DNA of 64,000 nucleotides, from contig CALFER010000076.1 in the NCBI GenBank assembly GCA_937951895.1, positions 16,398 to 80,397 on the forward strand, read 5' to 3'. The notes under the pieces were generated by a model that worked only from the letters and a program-made list of their open reading frames with translations, did no database searches and had not been told where the DNA came from. Shown here one piece after another: positions 28,989 to 37,956 of the stretch. The first letter of the stretch is position 1; each line of letters opens with the position of its first letter. The translations under genes were made by a program, and so were the position numbers. This stretch comes from an uncultured bacterium (lineage in GTDB: Bacteria; CSSED10-310; CALFER01).

Positions 28989-29631
28989 TGTGCACCGTCC
29001 GTGAGCACCGCTTCACGATATCGGCATTGTGCGTCACCATGACGATCGTCAAGCCGGTGCGGTTGAGGTGTTCGAACATCGACATGATGGTATCGGCGTT
29101 ATGCGAATCGAGATTCCCGGTGGGTTCATCCGCCAGCAGGATCTGCGGGGCGTTGATCAGGCTACGGGCAATCGCCACACGCTGCATCTCACCTCCGGAT
29201 AACTGATCCGGCAGATGATTCATCCGCTGGCTCAGTCCAACCTTCTCGAGAAGCTCAAAGGCTCGCGATCGCGTGGTGTTTCCCGCAAACAGTCCGGGTA
29301 GCATCACGTTCTGCAGAACTGTCAGCGTGGGAATGAGAAAGAACTGCTGGAACACGAATCCGATCGTCCCCTTCCGGATCTGTGTGAGTTTTTTTTCGGG
29401 ATAGTTCTGGATCTCCCGACCGGCAATACGCACCATTCCTTCCGAGGGGCGGTCGAGGCATCCCATGATGTTCAAGAGCGTGGTCTTGCCGGAACCGGAA
29501 TGTCCCACGATCGCCACGAATTCGCCCGGCGATATACTCAGAGAGGCCCTGCGAAGCGCCAGGATGGTTTCGGAGCCCCGGTGGAACTTTTTTGAAACCG
29601 ATTCGAGATGAATGATGTGGCCGTTATTCAT
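28963..29631 (-). CDS. ABC transporter ATP-binding protein (MacB/LolD-type)
   Basis: Walker A 'GHSGSGKTTLLN', the signature 'LSGGEMQRVAIARSL', Walker B 'LLADEPTGNLD' and the H-loop are present. Confidence 0.9.
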   Translation of the reverse strand: MNNGHIIHLESVSKKFHRGSETILALRRASLSISPGEFVAIVGHSGSGKTTLLNIMGCLDRPSEGMVRIAGREIQNYPEKKLTQIRKGTIGFVFQQFFLIPTLTVLQNVMLPGLFAGNTTRSRAFELLEKVGLSQRMNHLPDQLSGGEMQRVAIARSLINAPQILLADEPTGNLDSHNADTIMSMFEHLNRTGLTIVMVTHNADIVKRCSRTVHIEDGSIRN

Positions 29632-30811
29632 TGCGCAGTACCTCCATCGGAACGATGCGGGAAGCCCTCAGGGCAGGATAAAGTGAACACGTCACCCCGA
29701 TCAGCGTGCAAGCGGAGAAGGCGAACAAGGCAATGGGAATACTTGGAGTGATAACGGGACTGGAGGGGATGAAGGCGACCAGAAGCGAGCGCATGAAGTG
29801 ACCGAAAGCCGGGCTGAGCACGAGACCCGCAGAAGCGCCGATCATGCTCCCTGAGAGGCAGATCGCCAGAGTTTCAAAGGTGATCAGCTTCAGAATGTCG
29901 ATCCTGCCGGCCCCGACGCATTTCAGATAGGCAATCTCGCGACGCCGCTCCAGCACCGCCATCAGCATGGTGTTGATGATTCCGAAGACCGAGATGACAA
30001 ACGCGACCCCGACCATCACGAACATGATCACCCGGGTCGATTTGAAAAATTGCAGGATCCCTTCGCTGAGTTCCCGTGAGCCCAGCACGAAATAGTCCGC
30101 CGGCAACATGGCCCGAATCTCGTTCCGGCTCTGATCCAGCTTCCCGATATCTTTCAGCTTGACGGCGATCGCCGTTAATTTGCCCTCACGATCGACCAGT
30201 TTCTGAGCCGTCTTGAGGGGGATGAACATCGTTCCATCGTCCTGACTGTAGTTTCGCTCCAGAATGCCGGAAACCGTAAACTCGCGATCAAACTGCTCCG
30301 AGTATGTCCGGTCGCCCACCGCGAGGCTTTCGATGCGGGCGAGTTCCGCTCCCAGGATGATGGACGATTCAGATTCGAACCAGCCTCCGGATTTGAACGC
30401 CCAGTCGGGCCGGATCTTCTGAATCGTGTCCGTGATACCCATGAATATGTCCGTTCGCGAACCGTCCTCGGTCGTCACCGTAAAGAGCTGAAACGGCATG
30501 ATCACATCGACGTTCGGGTGCCTGAGCAGTCGCTCGGTCAGATCCTCGGTGACATACAGAGGACTCAGGCCCCCCTGGGCAATCACCGACGCGGCTTCGA
30601 TCGGGCACCCTTGTTTCGTGATGTACATGTGAACCCCGGTCTTGTTCACCAGTTCGTCGGTGACCGCGGAGGAATAACCCTTGTCGAGTCCGAGAACGAC
30701 GGTCAGCGTGATGGCGGATATCGCGAGACTCAACCCGGTGAGCAGACTCCGGATCGGGTTGCGGCGCAGATTGCTCCAGGAAACCGTCATGAAGTTCATA
30801 GGCCACCTCAA
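29624..30811 (-). CDS. ABC transporter permease, FtsX/MacB family
   Basis: An N-terminal TM helix, a large periplasmic domain and a C-terminal FtsX-like 3-TM bundle are present. An ATGA overlap with the upstream lipoprotein gene indicates translational coupling. Confidence 0.8.
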   Translation of the reverse strand: MRWPMNFMTVSWSNLRRNPIRSLLTGLSLAISAITLTVVLGLDKGYSSAVTDELVNKTGVHMYITKQGCPIEAASVIAQGGLSPLYVTEDLTERLLRHPNVDVIMPFQLFTVTTEDGSRTDIFMGITDTIQKIRPDWAFKSGGWFESESSIILGAELARIESLAVGDRTYSEQFDREFTVSGILERNYSQDDGTMFIPLKTAQKLVDREGKLTAIAVKLKDIGKLDQSRNEIRAMLPADYFVLGSRELSEGILQFFKSTRVIMFVMVGVAFVISVFGIINTMLMAVLERRREIAYLKCVGAGRIDILKLITFETLAICLSGSMIGASAGLVLSPAFGHFMRSLLVAFIPSSPVITPSIPIALFAFSACTLIGVTCSLYPALRASRIVPMEVLRNE

Positions 30812-31224
30812 TCGATCTTGAGTCCGAGCGCGGACAGTACGACCTGCTCATCTCCGACGGTCGCCTGAACGTAAACGGTCACCGGCTTTCCGACAGGCAG
30901 TTTCGGGAATTTGAATCCCTGCGGGTAAATGGTGGCCTTGTAGACTCCGTCCTTGAGAACGAATTCGCAATACGATGCGCATTGCGAGGAGATCACGCCC
31001 TTCATGACGAACGTTTTTCCATTGAAACTGGAAGGAGACGCCAGCACGCTCGAAAGCGTCACGATCTGCGCGTCGGAGGGGATGGATACGCCGAGATCCA
31101 TGGTTCGGGCGCTGGAACATCCCGAGAGTATCAGCACGAACCCGAGGATGGCAATCGGACCGGAACGGAAGAGTGAGCCGTTCCCGATCCGGTGAATGAC
31201 CTTGGATTTTTGAATCGATTTCAT
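30808..31224 (-). CDS. Small lipoprotein (lipobox LSGC) with CxxxC motif, unknown function
   Basis: The start is refined to the ATG at 31224. The signal is 'MKSIQKSKVIHRIGNGSLFRSGPIAILGFVLILSGC'. The mature protein is ~110 aa and contains 'CASYC'. Confidence 0.5.
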   Translation of the reverse strand: MKSIQKSKVIHRIGNGSLFRSGPIAILGFVLILSGCSSARTMDLGVSIPSDAQIVTLSSVLASPSSFNGKTFVMKGVISSQCASYCEFVLKDGVYKATIYPQGFKFPKLPVGKPVTVYVQATVGDEQVVLSALGLKID

Positions 31225-31347
31225 ACATTGACCCTTTCCCTGCACACCGTCATGCGTTCGTTACTGATCCGAACGAATCGACAATCGGCATGCCAGTATG
31301 CGACGATATTTTTACGTTGCTACCGTGTTGAGACGGACAGGAAAGGT

Positions 31348-31743
31348 CTAGATGCGCAGAACGACCGATCGGGCCGTGGCGCAGAAGAGGTCACAATCTC
31401 CCGTATCGGGCGGAGGCGCTCCCGAATGCAGAATCAATGGCGTGAACGTGGACAGAGAGAGAATGAGCATGTCCGGTCGCGAATCGAAGGTGCGCACGAG
31501 GTTCAGGTTCAGGGATGGCGGCGGAGGCGGAAACGGGGCAGGATCGGAGTTGCAGATGAAGCAATTGCAGGTATCGTGCGATGGTTCGGTGGTCGACTGT
31601 GAATCACAACAGCAGTTCGATTCACTGACACGCATCCGTTCGGTGGCGCGGCAGGTGCAGATCGACGCGAGGAACAGAAAAACCGGAATACACACCGCGA
31701 TCGTCAGAATGAACGCTGTGGATGTGGATATCCGATTCGCCAT
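31348..31743 (-). CDS. Hypothetical small Cys-rich membrane protein
   Basis: One TM helix is followed by a Cys cluster 'CCCDSQSTTEPSHDTCNCFIC' and a poly-Pro tract. A GGGAG SD-like site is present. The gene could equally be non-coding. Confidence 0.3.
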   Translation of the reverse strand: MANRISTSTAFILTIAVCIPVFLFLASICTCRATERMRVSESNCCCDSQSTTEPSHDTCNCFICNSDPAPFPPPPPSLNLNLVRTFDSRPDMLILSLSTFTPLILHSGAPPPDTGDCDLFCATARSVVLRI

Positions 31744-31921
31744 GAATCACTCCCGGCCTCTCGGGCCTCATGCTATCATGCTAAGAATCTTGAGAAAAAA
31801 AGTCAACCGACCCTGAGGATACACCGGAGAAAACTCGATAGATACCTGTGGGTGCGGCACCTGTCTCCGGACTCGAACCCCCGGATCAGTCGATCGGATC
31901 GTCGATTTCAGATGAACGCAT

Positions 31922-33529
31922 TCATCGACGCGGACAATCGATGCGCACGACGTCTCTGAACACCGCCCGAAATGCCTCGACAACATCGGGATCGAACTGG
32001 GATCCCGCGCATCGGATCACCTCGGTCAGGGCCTGTTCGCGAGACATGCTGTGGCCGTAGGGACGCTGCCACGTCATCGCCTCGAACGAATCCGCAACCG
32101 CCAGGATGCGTGCACCGAGCGGGATGGCCTCTCCTTTCAACCTGCTCGGATAACCGCTCCCGTCCCAGCGTTCGTGATGATGGCGGACGAAGGCCGTCAC
32201 ATTCCCGAAAAACTCGATCGGCGTCAGAATCCGCGCTCCGATCTCACTATGTCGCTTCACTTTTTCATACTCGTCCGTCGTCAACCGGTCGGCCTTCAGC
32301 AGAATCGCTTCCGGAATGCCGATCTTGCCGATATCATGCAGATGCGCCGCCACCCGGATCTGCTCGATGGTTTCATCATCCAGCCCCATCTGTCCCGCGA
32401 TCCGAACGGCATACTCCGATACACGGAAACAGTGCCCGATCGTCTCCGGATCCTTCGCCTCGACGGTCTCACATAACGATTTGATCACCTCGAGATACAA
32501 CTCCTGAACGGTGTGAAACAGATGGGCTTTTTCCAGAAAAACGGACATCTGCTGAACGATCGTTTTGAACAGGAGCAGATCCTCCATCGACAGGTCACGC
32601 ACGGCCGGATCGCGCACCTCGATCACCCCGAGCAGTTTGTTGGGAAGAAACAGCGGCGCGGCGATGGCGGTGTTGAACCCGTCGTAATCCGCCGGAGGCA
32701 GCGATCGATAGACATCGAGATCTTCATTGGAAACCATGGTGGTCCGCCGCGTTTCCGCCACATACGATATCAATCCCTCCCGGAACGGTATCCGAAGCTT
32801 CCCCGTGAGGGGTTCACGCATGCCGATCGCGGCGGCGAGTTCGAAGCAGCGGTCGAGACTGTCGTAGAGAAAGATCGAGCAATCCCCGAAATCGAACAGT
32901 TTGTGAGTCTCACGGGTGATGATCCGGAGGATGTCCCGCGTCTCGAGATTGGTGCCCATCACCTGTGTGATCGAATGCAGTGCTTCCAGTTCGTATGCCC
33001 GGCGCTGCACGTCCGCATGAGCCTTCGCGTTCGAAATGGCGATGGCGGCCTGCGATGCGAGCAAAGAGAGCATGCGGGCATCATCATCATTGAAATCGTT
33101 GCCCGGTACTTTATTGGCTGCATCGAGCACTCCGATGGATTTGCCGTCCAGGATCATGGGGACATCCATCAACGATACAATTCGATCCACTACTGCACCT
33201 TTCCGGACGAATTTGGTGTATTTTTTCAGATCATTGGTGATGATCGGTTTCTGTTCCGAATATGCGGACCCGATCGTCCCTTCGCCCGGCGCAAAGGCGT
33301 GTGTTCCGACCTCCTCCCAGGTAAATCCATGGATGTTCGTTGGATGAAGCAGACCCGTATCTTTGTTGAGGAGCCACAGGATGCAACCCTGACTGGGAAG
33401 CATTTCCGTCACAGCTTTGACAATGCGCTGGAGCAGTTCCTCCAGCTCCAACGTCGATGTCATCGCCTTGGTCACGTCCAGCAACGTCAACACGCGTGGG
33501 TCGATTCCGTGCGGTTGCATAGATGCCAC
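31922..33529 (-). CDS. GAF-GAF-HD-GYP domain cyclic-di-GMP phosphodiesterase
   Basis: Two N-terminal GAF-like domains are present. The HD-GYP domain carries the 'HLHDIGKIGIP' HD motif and 'HHHERWDGSGYP'. A GTG start is possible at 33529, with the next ATG at 33520. Confidence 0.85.
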   Translation of the reverse strand: MASMQPHGIDPRVLTLLDVTKAMTSTLELEELLQRIVKAVTEMLPSQGCILWLLNKDTGLLHPTNIHGFTWEEVGTHAFAPGEGTIGSAYSEQKPIITNDLKKYTKFVRKGAVVDRIVSLMDVPMILDGKSIGVLDAANKVPGNDFNDDDARMLSLLASQAAIAISNAKAHADVQRRAYELEALHSITQVMGTNLETRDILRIITRETHKLFDFGDCSIFLYDSLDRCFELAAAIGMREPLTGKLRIPFREGLISYVAETRRTTMVSNEDLDVYRSLPPADYDGFNTAIAAPLFLPNKLLGVIEVRDPAVRDLSMEDLLLFKTIVQQMSVFLEKAHLFHTVQELYLEVIKSLCETVEAKDPETIGHCFRVSEYAVRIAGQMGLDDETIEQIRVAAHLHDIGKIGIPEAILLKADRLTTDEYEKVKRHSEIGARILTPIEFFGNVTAFVRHHHERWDGSGYPSRLKGEAIPLGARILAVADSFEAMTWQRPYGHSMSREQALTEVIRCAGSQFDPDVVEAFRAVFRDVVRIDCPRR

Positions 33530-33577
33530 CCCCCATTCCTATTGTAAACAAAAGGAGACGATTCGTCGAATCGACGG

Positions 33578-34930
33578 TCAGGGGAGGGTCCGGACGAGTC
33601 TGAATCCGAGAATATTACAGCGATAATCCGGCGTGTCCGAGTATCGCACAGAGGATCGGCAACTGTACGCCCGATCGGACCACCCGCCGCCTCTCCAGAT
33701 CCGCTTTGTTCCGGAGTCCGGTCCCCGATAGTCGATCCGATGCGATGCGGGATACGCGCCATACCAATCCCAACAGGATTCCCACAGGTTGCCGTGCATG
33801 TCATACAGGCCCCAGGGGTTGGGAAGCCGGGAAGCCACTGTCTCGGTTATCCCCGGTTGATTGGCGCAAAAAATACAGTGTTGTTCGAGAGTGGGAAGAA
33901 TGCCCGGCTGGCAGAGAGTATAGAGGCAATCCTGAGTGAAATAGAGCGGTTCGTCGCATGAGAATGGTCCGGAGGTGCCCGCTCGCGCCGCATATTCCCA
34001 TTCGCCTTCGGTCGGAAGACGATATCCGGCTGCGCTGAAATCACAGAAGATCGGGTCGGATTCGAAGTTTGAGGCATCCACCGGGATCGAAAAGGAAGCA
34101 TCCTTGAAGTAACAGGGGTTCAGGCCGTTTTGATCGGATAACAGGTTCGCAAACAAAATGGCCTCATACCAGGAGTTGTTCTGAACCGGGTGCTGCATCG
34201 TCGGACTGAGAAACAGAACACTGGGATCGTCCGGAAGCGAGGGCTGAAGACTCTTCAAATCCGCCCACATCTGCCGTGTGATCTCGGTTTCCATCACTCC
34301 GAGCGCGTGACTCAGCGCATGCGTAAACTGAGACTCATCCGGACCGCGACACGGTTCGTCCGGAGGTGAACCCTGAAGCCAACTGCCTTGCGGAACACAC
34401 CTCAGTTCCCCGATGATCCCGTCGGTCGCGATCAGTCCCCCTCCCGTGCAGTCCGGAATCGGAGTCGGTGTCGTGACCTGATCCAGCGTGATGTCCTCCA
34501 GTTCATACTCTCCATCCCCGATCTCGATCCCGATCCTCATGCCGGTATGATATCCCGGTGATGCCGCCAGGAGGTCGTACGTTCCCGGAGTGACATCGTT
34601 GAACCAGTAATATCCGTTCAGATCGGTCGAGCCGGTATACATGAGCGCCGCTCGGGCCAGCATGCAGACGGCAAGGAGACACAGAGAGCCGCCCGAAACA
34701 CGACTCTTCATCCGGAGCAGACAGCATCCGAATCCGATAAGAAGCAGCGCGGCGGTATAAGTCCCCATGGCGGGGAGCGCCTGGTGGGGGGCGAGTTCCA
34801 CCGATATTCCGGAGTGATCCGTCTGACCCTCCAGAAAGGCATGCCCCGTGACCATGGAAGCATGTGCGATCGGCTGGTAAAGAAGAAACATGATCACAAT
34901 CGACGATGCCGGAATTCTGATGGGACTCAT
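33578..34930 (-). CDS. Membrane-anchored FGE-sulfatase domain protein with carboxypeptidase-regulatory-like beta-sandwich domain
   Basis: The N-terminal region has 2-3 hydrophobic helices. 'GSTDLNGYYWFNDVTPGTYDLLAASPGY' resembles a CarbopepD_reg-like domain. The FGE-type domain is 'GYRLPTEGEWEYAARAG...RGGGWSDRAYSCRS...GFRLVRTLP'. The start is uncertain. Confidence 0.7.
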   Translation of the reverse strand: MSPIRIPASSIVIMFLLYQPIAHASMVTGHAFLEGQTDHSGISVELAPHQALPAMGTYTAALLLIGFGCCLLRMKSRVSGGSLCLLAVCMLARAALMYTGSTDLNGYYWFNDVTPGTYDLLAASPGYHTGMRIGIEIGDGEYELEDITLDQVTTPTPIPDCTGGGLIATDGIIGELRCVPQGSWLQGSPPDEPCRGPDESQFTHALSHALGVMETEITRQMWADLKSLQPSLPDDPSVLFLSPTMQHPVQNNSWYEAILFANLLSDQNGLNPCYFKDASFSIPVDASNFESDPIFCDFSAAGYRLPTEGEWEYAARAGTSGPFSCDEPLYFTQDCLYTLCQPGILPTLEQHCIFCANQPGITETVASRLPNPWGLYDMHGNLWESCWDWYGAYPASHRIDYRGPDSGTKRIWRGGGWSDRAYSCRSSVRYSDTPDYRCNILGFRLVRTLP

Positions 34931-35226
34931 ATCAATGCTCCATTTGTTTTCCACATTGATTATCCGCTGTACGTCCTGAATGTAGCAGAAATCAGTTCCC
35001 GATGGAACGGCATTTATACACGGCACCATAATACCTCGCGAACCCTTATGCAATTGCACCACCGTGTGCCTGACTCGGCGACGGACGTGTAGAATGATCC
35101 ATGCGCAAAGATAAATGTCGCCGATTGCAATTCATTTTACATGTAAACTGATCGGGACTATTGTAGGTTAATGCGCTGCTCGTGCGTGTAGGATGATTTT
35201 TTTTTGATCGATGAGCGAGGTTTATC

Positions 35227-37956
35227 TTGATGTGCTGGCCGAGACTCAAATGGATTTCCTTTGTGGCTCTGCGATTGTACGCCCTGCCGGTTTTCGTTCT
35301 TGGGTGGATCGTTCTGGGTTCAGGTTGCACTATGCCCGATGGGATCCCCTCTGAGAACGACTCCGGGGATCATTCGATCCGGATCCTGGTTCTGTCGGGC
35401 AGTCCGGCGTTTTCACATGAAACCGGCAGTCATTTTCGCCAGAGCTGGAATCTGGGGGCTGAGACATCCGTTCACAGTGAGATTCCCGATGCAGCGGAAG
35501 CGGCGGCCTGGGACCTGATCGATCTGTCGTCCGAATTCGCGCGGAGCAGGGACGCATCGATCCGTGATCTCCAAATTTTCTGCCGGAAAGCCGCTGACTC
35601 CGGCGCGCTGATCTTTCTGGAAGCGGATGCCCCCCTCCACAACATGCAGAACCTTGCCGGTCTGACCGATGTCAGTCCGAACGAGCCGACTCTCGTGCTT
35701 CCGATCTTTTCCCCCTTCCCGCCTCTGTTGAAGCATCTGGAAACCATTCTCCGTGTCGCGTCCATCGAGTCGCCGACCGGCAACCGAACGAAGTATGAAC
35801 AGACCCATCTCCCGTCGTTCGTCGACACCACGGAACAGGAGTGTCGATGGATCCGCGGCTTCACGGCACGCGCGGATTCCGCCCGGACACTCGTCGCGGA
35901 TGCACAGGGAAATCCGCTGATGACCTTCCGCCGGATCGGACGCGGCGCCGTCATCTGGGCCGCCGATTTCAGCCGCAGATCGATCCCGTTTCACGGTGTC
36001 GAGACAATCCGGGATTTCCGGCTGGGATTTCCGGATCCCGAGGCGGCCAACTTTCACTTCGGTGCGGCCGGCCTGGAGTATCTCTTCCGCGATCGCCTTG
36101 TCGATGTGGCGGCCAAACTGAAGTATGGATTCTCCATCAGACGGGTTCCCGGGCCGAACGGGGCACCGGGTTGCGCCTTCCAGAACCATCTCGACGCAAC
36201 CGACAACTGGTCGGCGCGCTACGCGATCCGCTGGAGCCGGATCCTGCTCGAACGCGGACTGATCCCCTCCTTCACGGTCCGATCGGATCTGACGCAGTTC
36301 GATCGCCCGGAAATGGCGGGGTCCTCGAACCATGCGCGCGATGCAGCGGATTATTGCAGGCAGCGCGGGATTCCCCTCAACCTGCATCTGACGTTCGAAC
36401 CGACCGACTCACGCGAAACCGAGCTGAACAAGATTGACCGGGACATCGCGAATCTCGAGGCGATCGGTATTGTGCGCACTGAAATCACGGGCGGCGATCA
36501 TCATGTGTTTTACACGCATGCCAGACCGGTCTGGCAATCGTATCATTCTCTGCTGGAGCGGCATCTGTTTCATGATTTCGGCGGTGAAACGCTCTCATGC
36601 TTCGATCTCTTTCCGTATTCCTTCTGCACCAGTTCGGCGTACGCGCCATACGCCCCCCCGTTCATGCTCGAAGACGCCGCCGGACGCCTCCTGCCGATTG
36701 TCGTCGGTTCGCCGCTTCCCGCTCACCCGCTTTTCGGCGCTTTCGTGAACCGAACCGAACTTCCCGCCGCTCTCGGAATGCCGGTCATGCAGTACTTCCA
36801 CCCCGAATTCATTCATGAGGCGGACCGTTTCGATCAGCTCGCCCCCGAATTCCAGACCATGATCCAGTCTCTCGAGTGGCTCCGCGACGTGAGGGGATAT
36901 GTTCCGCTGACCGAGCCGCAGGTCGCGCGATCGATCATTGCCGCCCGGACGGCGGCCATCCGCGCGTATTCTCAGGATGAGGGGCTCATCCGGTTCCATG
37001 TCGATTCCTCGGTCGCGATGTCCGAGGCGGGTTCCTTCCGCAGCGCCCCGGGTGTTCGGATCGAGGTGTCACCGGAACGTGCGGGAGGCGTTCACTGGAC
37101 GACCGATGCACGAGTGCATCGGCTGGATCCCCTTGACGGCGCATTCGAGATCGGCCTTCGCCCGGACGGCGACACGACGGTCCGCATGAACGGCGGGCAA
37201 AAGGACGGATTCCATATCGAACGGATCAATCTTCCGTTTGAATGGGTCGATCACGAAGACGGCGCCGAGATCATCGTGAGTGAACCGGGACTGCGGTGGA
37301 TCCGATTGCCGTTCGATCCTGACGAAACAAGCGGGTGGCTTCCCGAGACATTTTCCGGCACCGTCGTCCGGCGCGCCCGGGCAATCGATTTCTACCAGGC
37401 CGGAAGGGATCCCCTCCGGATCCGATTCCGGAGATGCAACGGTATTGAATTCAACCGCGCATTGCGCAGACTGATTGATACGATGCCGGAAGTCGAACCG
37501 GTGATGGAACTGGACTTCGGTATGCCGGAGGTGCGGCCGATGCTGGGTGAGGGGTGGTGCATCATCGATGAAATCAGCGAAGGGAGATCCGTCACATGGT
37601 CCTCGGGAGGGCTGCACAGCGAGATCATGATTCCTCTGGACAACGCGCATTCCCTCCGAGCCGAATTGGATGTGAATCCGTATTCGATCGGCAAGCGGAC
37701 GCCTCAGACGCTGACCGTCCGGATCAATGAATGGCCCGTTCCGGAAACCATCACGCTGAAACCGGGATGGCAGCGTGTGGCGTTTGACATGCCGTCCCAC
37801 GCGCTGATACATGGTTTGAATCGGATTGAATTTGTGTATGGATACACCGGTTGTCCCGGCCTGGATCTGCCGGAAACCAATGATTTCAGGTTGCTGGCGG
37901 TCATGCTCGATCGTCTCCGATTTTCTCTGACGGGAACGAAAGGAACCGCTCCATGA
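35227..37956 (+). CDS. Large lipoprotein (lipobox LGSGC) of unknown function
   Basis: The ATG start is preceded by an SD. The signal/lipobox is 'LPVFVLGWIVLGSGC'. No domain could be assigned confidently. The stop overlaps the downstream sulfatase-like gene start. Confidence 0.5.
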   Translation: MMCWPRLKWISFVALRLYALPVFVLGWIVLGSGCTMPDGIPSENDSGDHSIRILVLSGSPAFSHETGSHFRQSWNLGAETSVHSEIPDAAEAAAWDLIDLSSEFARSRDASIRDLQIFCRKAADSGALIFLEADAPLHNMQNLAGLTDVSPNEPTLVLPIFSPFPPLLKHLETILRVASIESPTGNRTKYEQTHLPSFVDTTEQECRWIRGFTARADSARTLVADAQGNPLMTFRRIGRGAVIWAADFSRRSIPFHGVETIRDFRLGFPDPEAANFHFGAAGLEYLFRDRLVDVAAKLKYGFSIRRVPGPNGAPGCAFQNHLDATDNWSARYAIRWSRILLERGLIPSFTVRSDLTQFDRPEMAGSSNHARDAADYCRQRGIPLNLHLTFEPTDSRETELNKIDRDIANLEAIGIVRTEITGGDHHVFYTHARPVWQSYHSLLERHLFHDFGGETLSCFDLFPYSFCTSSAYAPYAPPFMLEDAAGRLLPIVVGSPLPAHPLFGAFVNRTELPAALGMPVMQYFHPEFIHEADRFDQLAPEFQTMIQSLEWLRDVRGYVPLTEPQVARSIIAARTAAIRAYSQDEGLIRFHVDSSVAMSEAGSFRSAPGVRIEVSPERAGGVHWTTDARVHRLDPLDGAFEIGLRPDGDTTVRMNGGQKDGFHIERINLPFEWVDHEDGAEIIVSEPGLRWIRLPFDPDETSGWLPETFSGTVVRRARAIDFYQAGRDPLRIRFRRCNGIEFNRALRRLIDTMPEVEPVMELDFGMPEVRPMLGEGWCIIDEISEGRSVTWSSGGLHSEIMIPLDNAHSLRAELDVNPYSIGKRTPQTLTVRINEWPVPETITLKPGWQRVAFDMPSHALIHGLNRIEFVYGYTGCPGLDLPETNDFRLLAVMLDRLRFSLTGTKGTAP

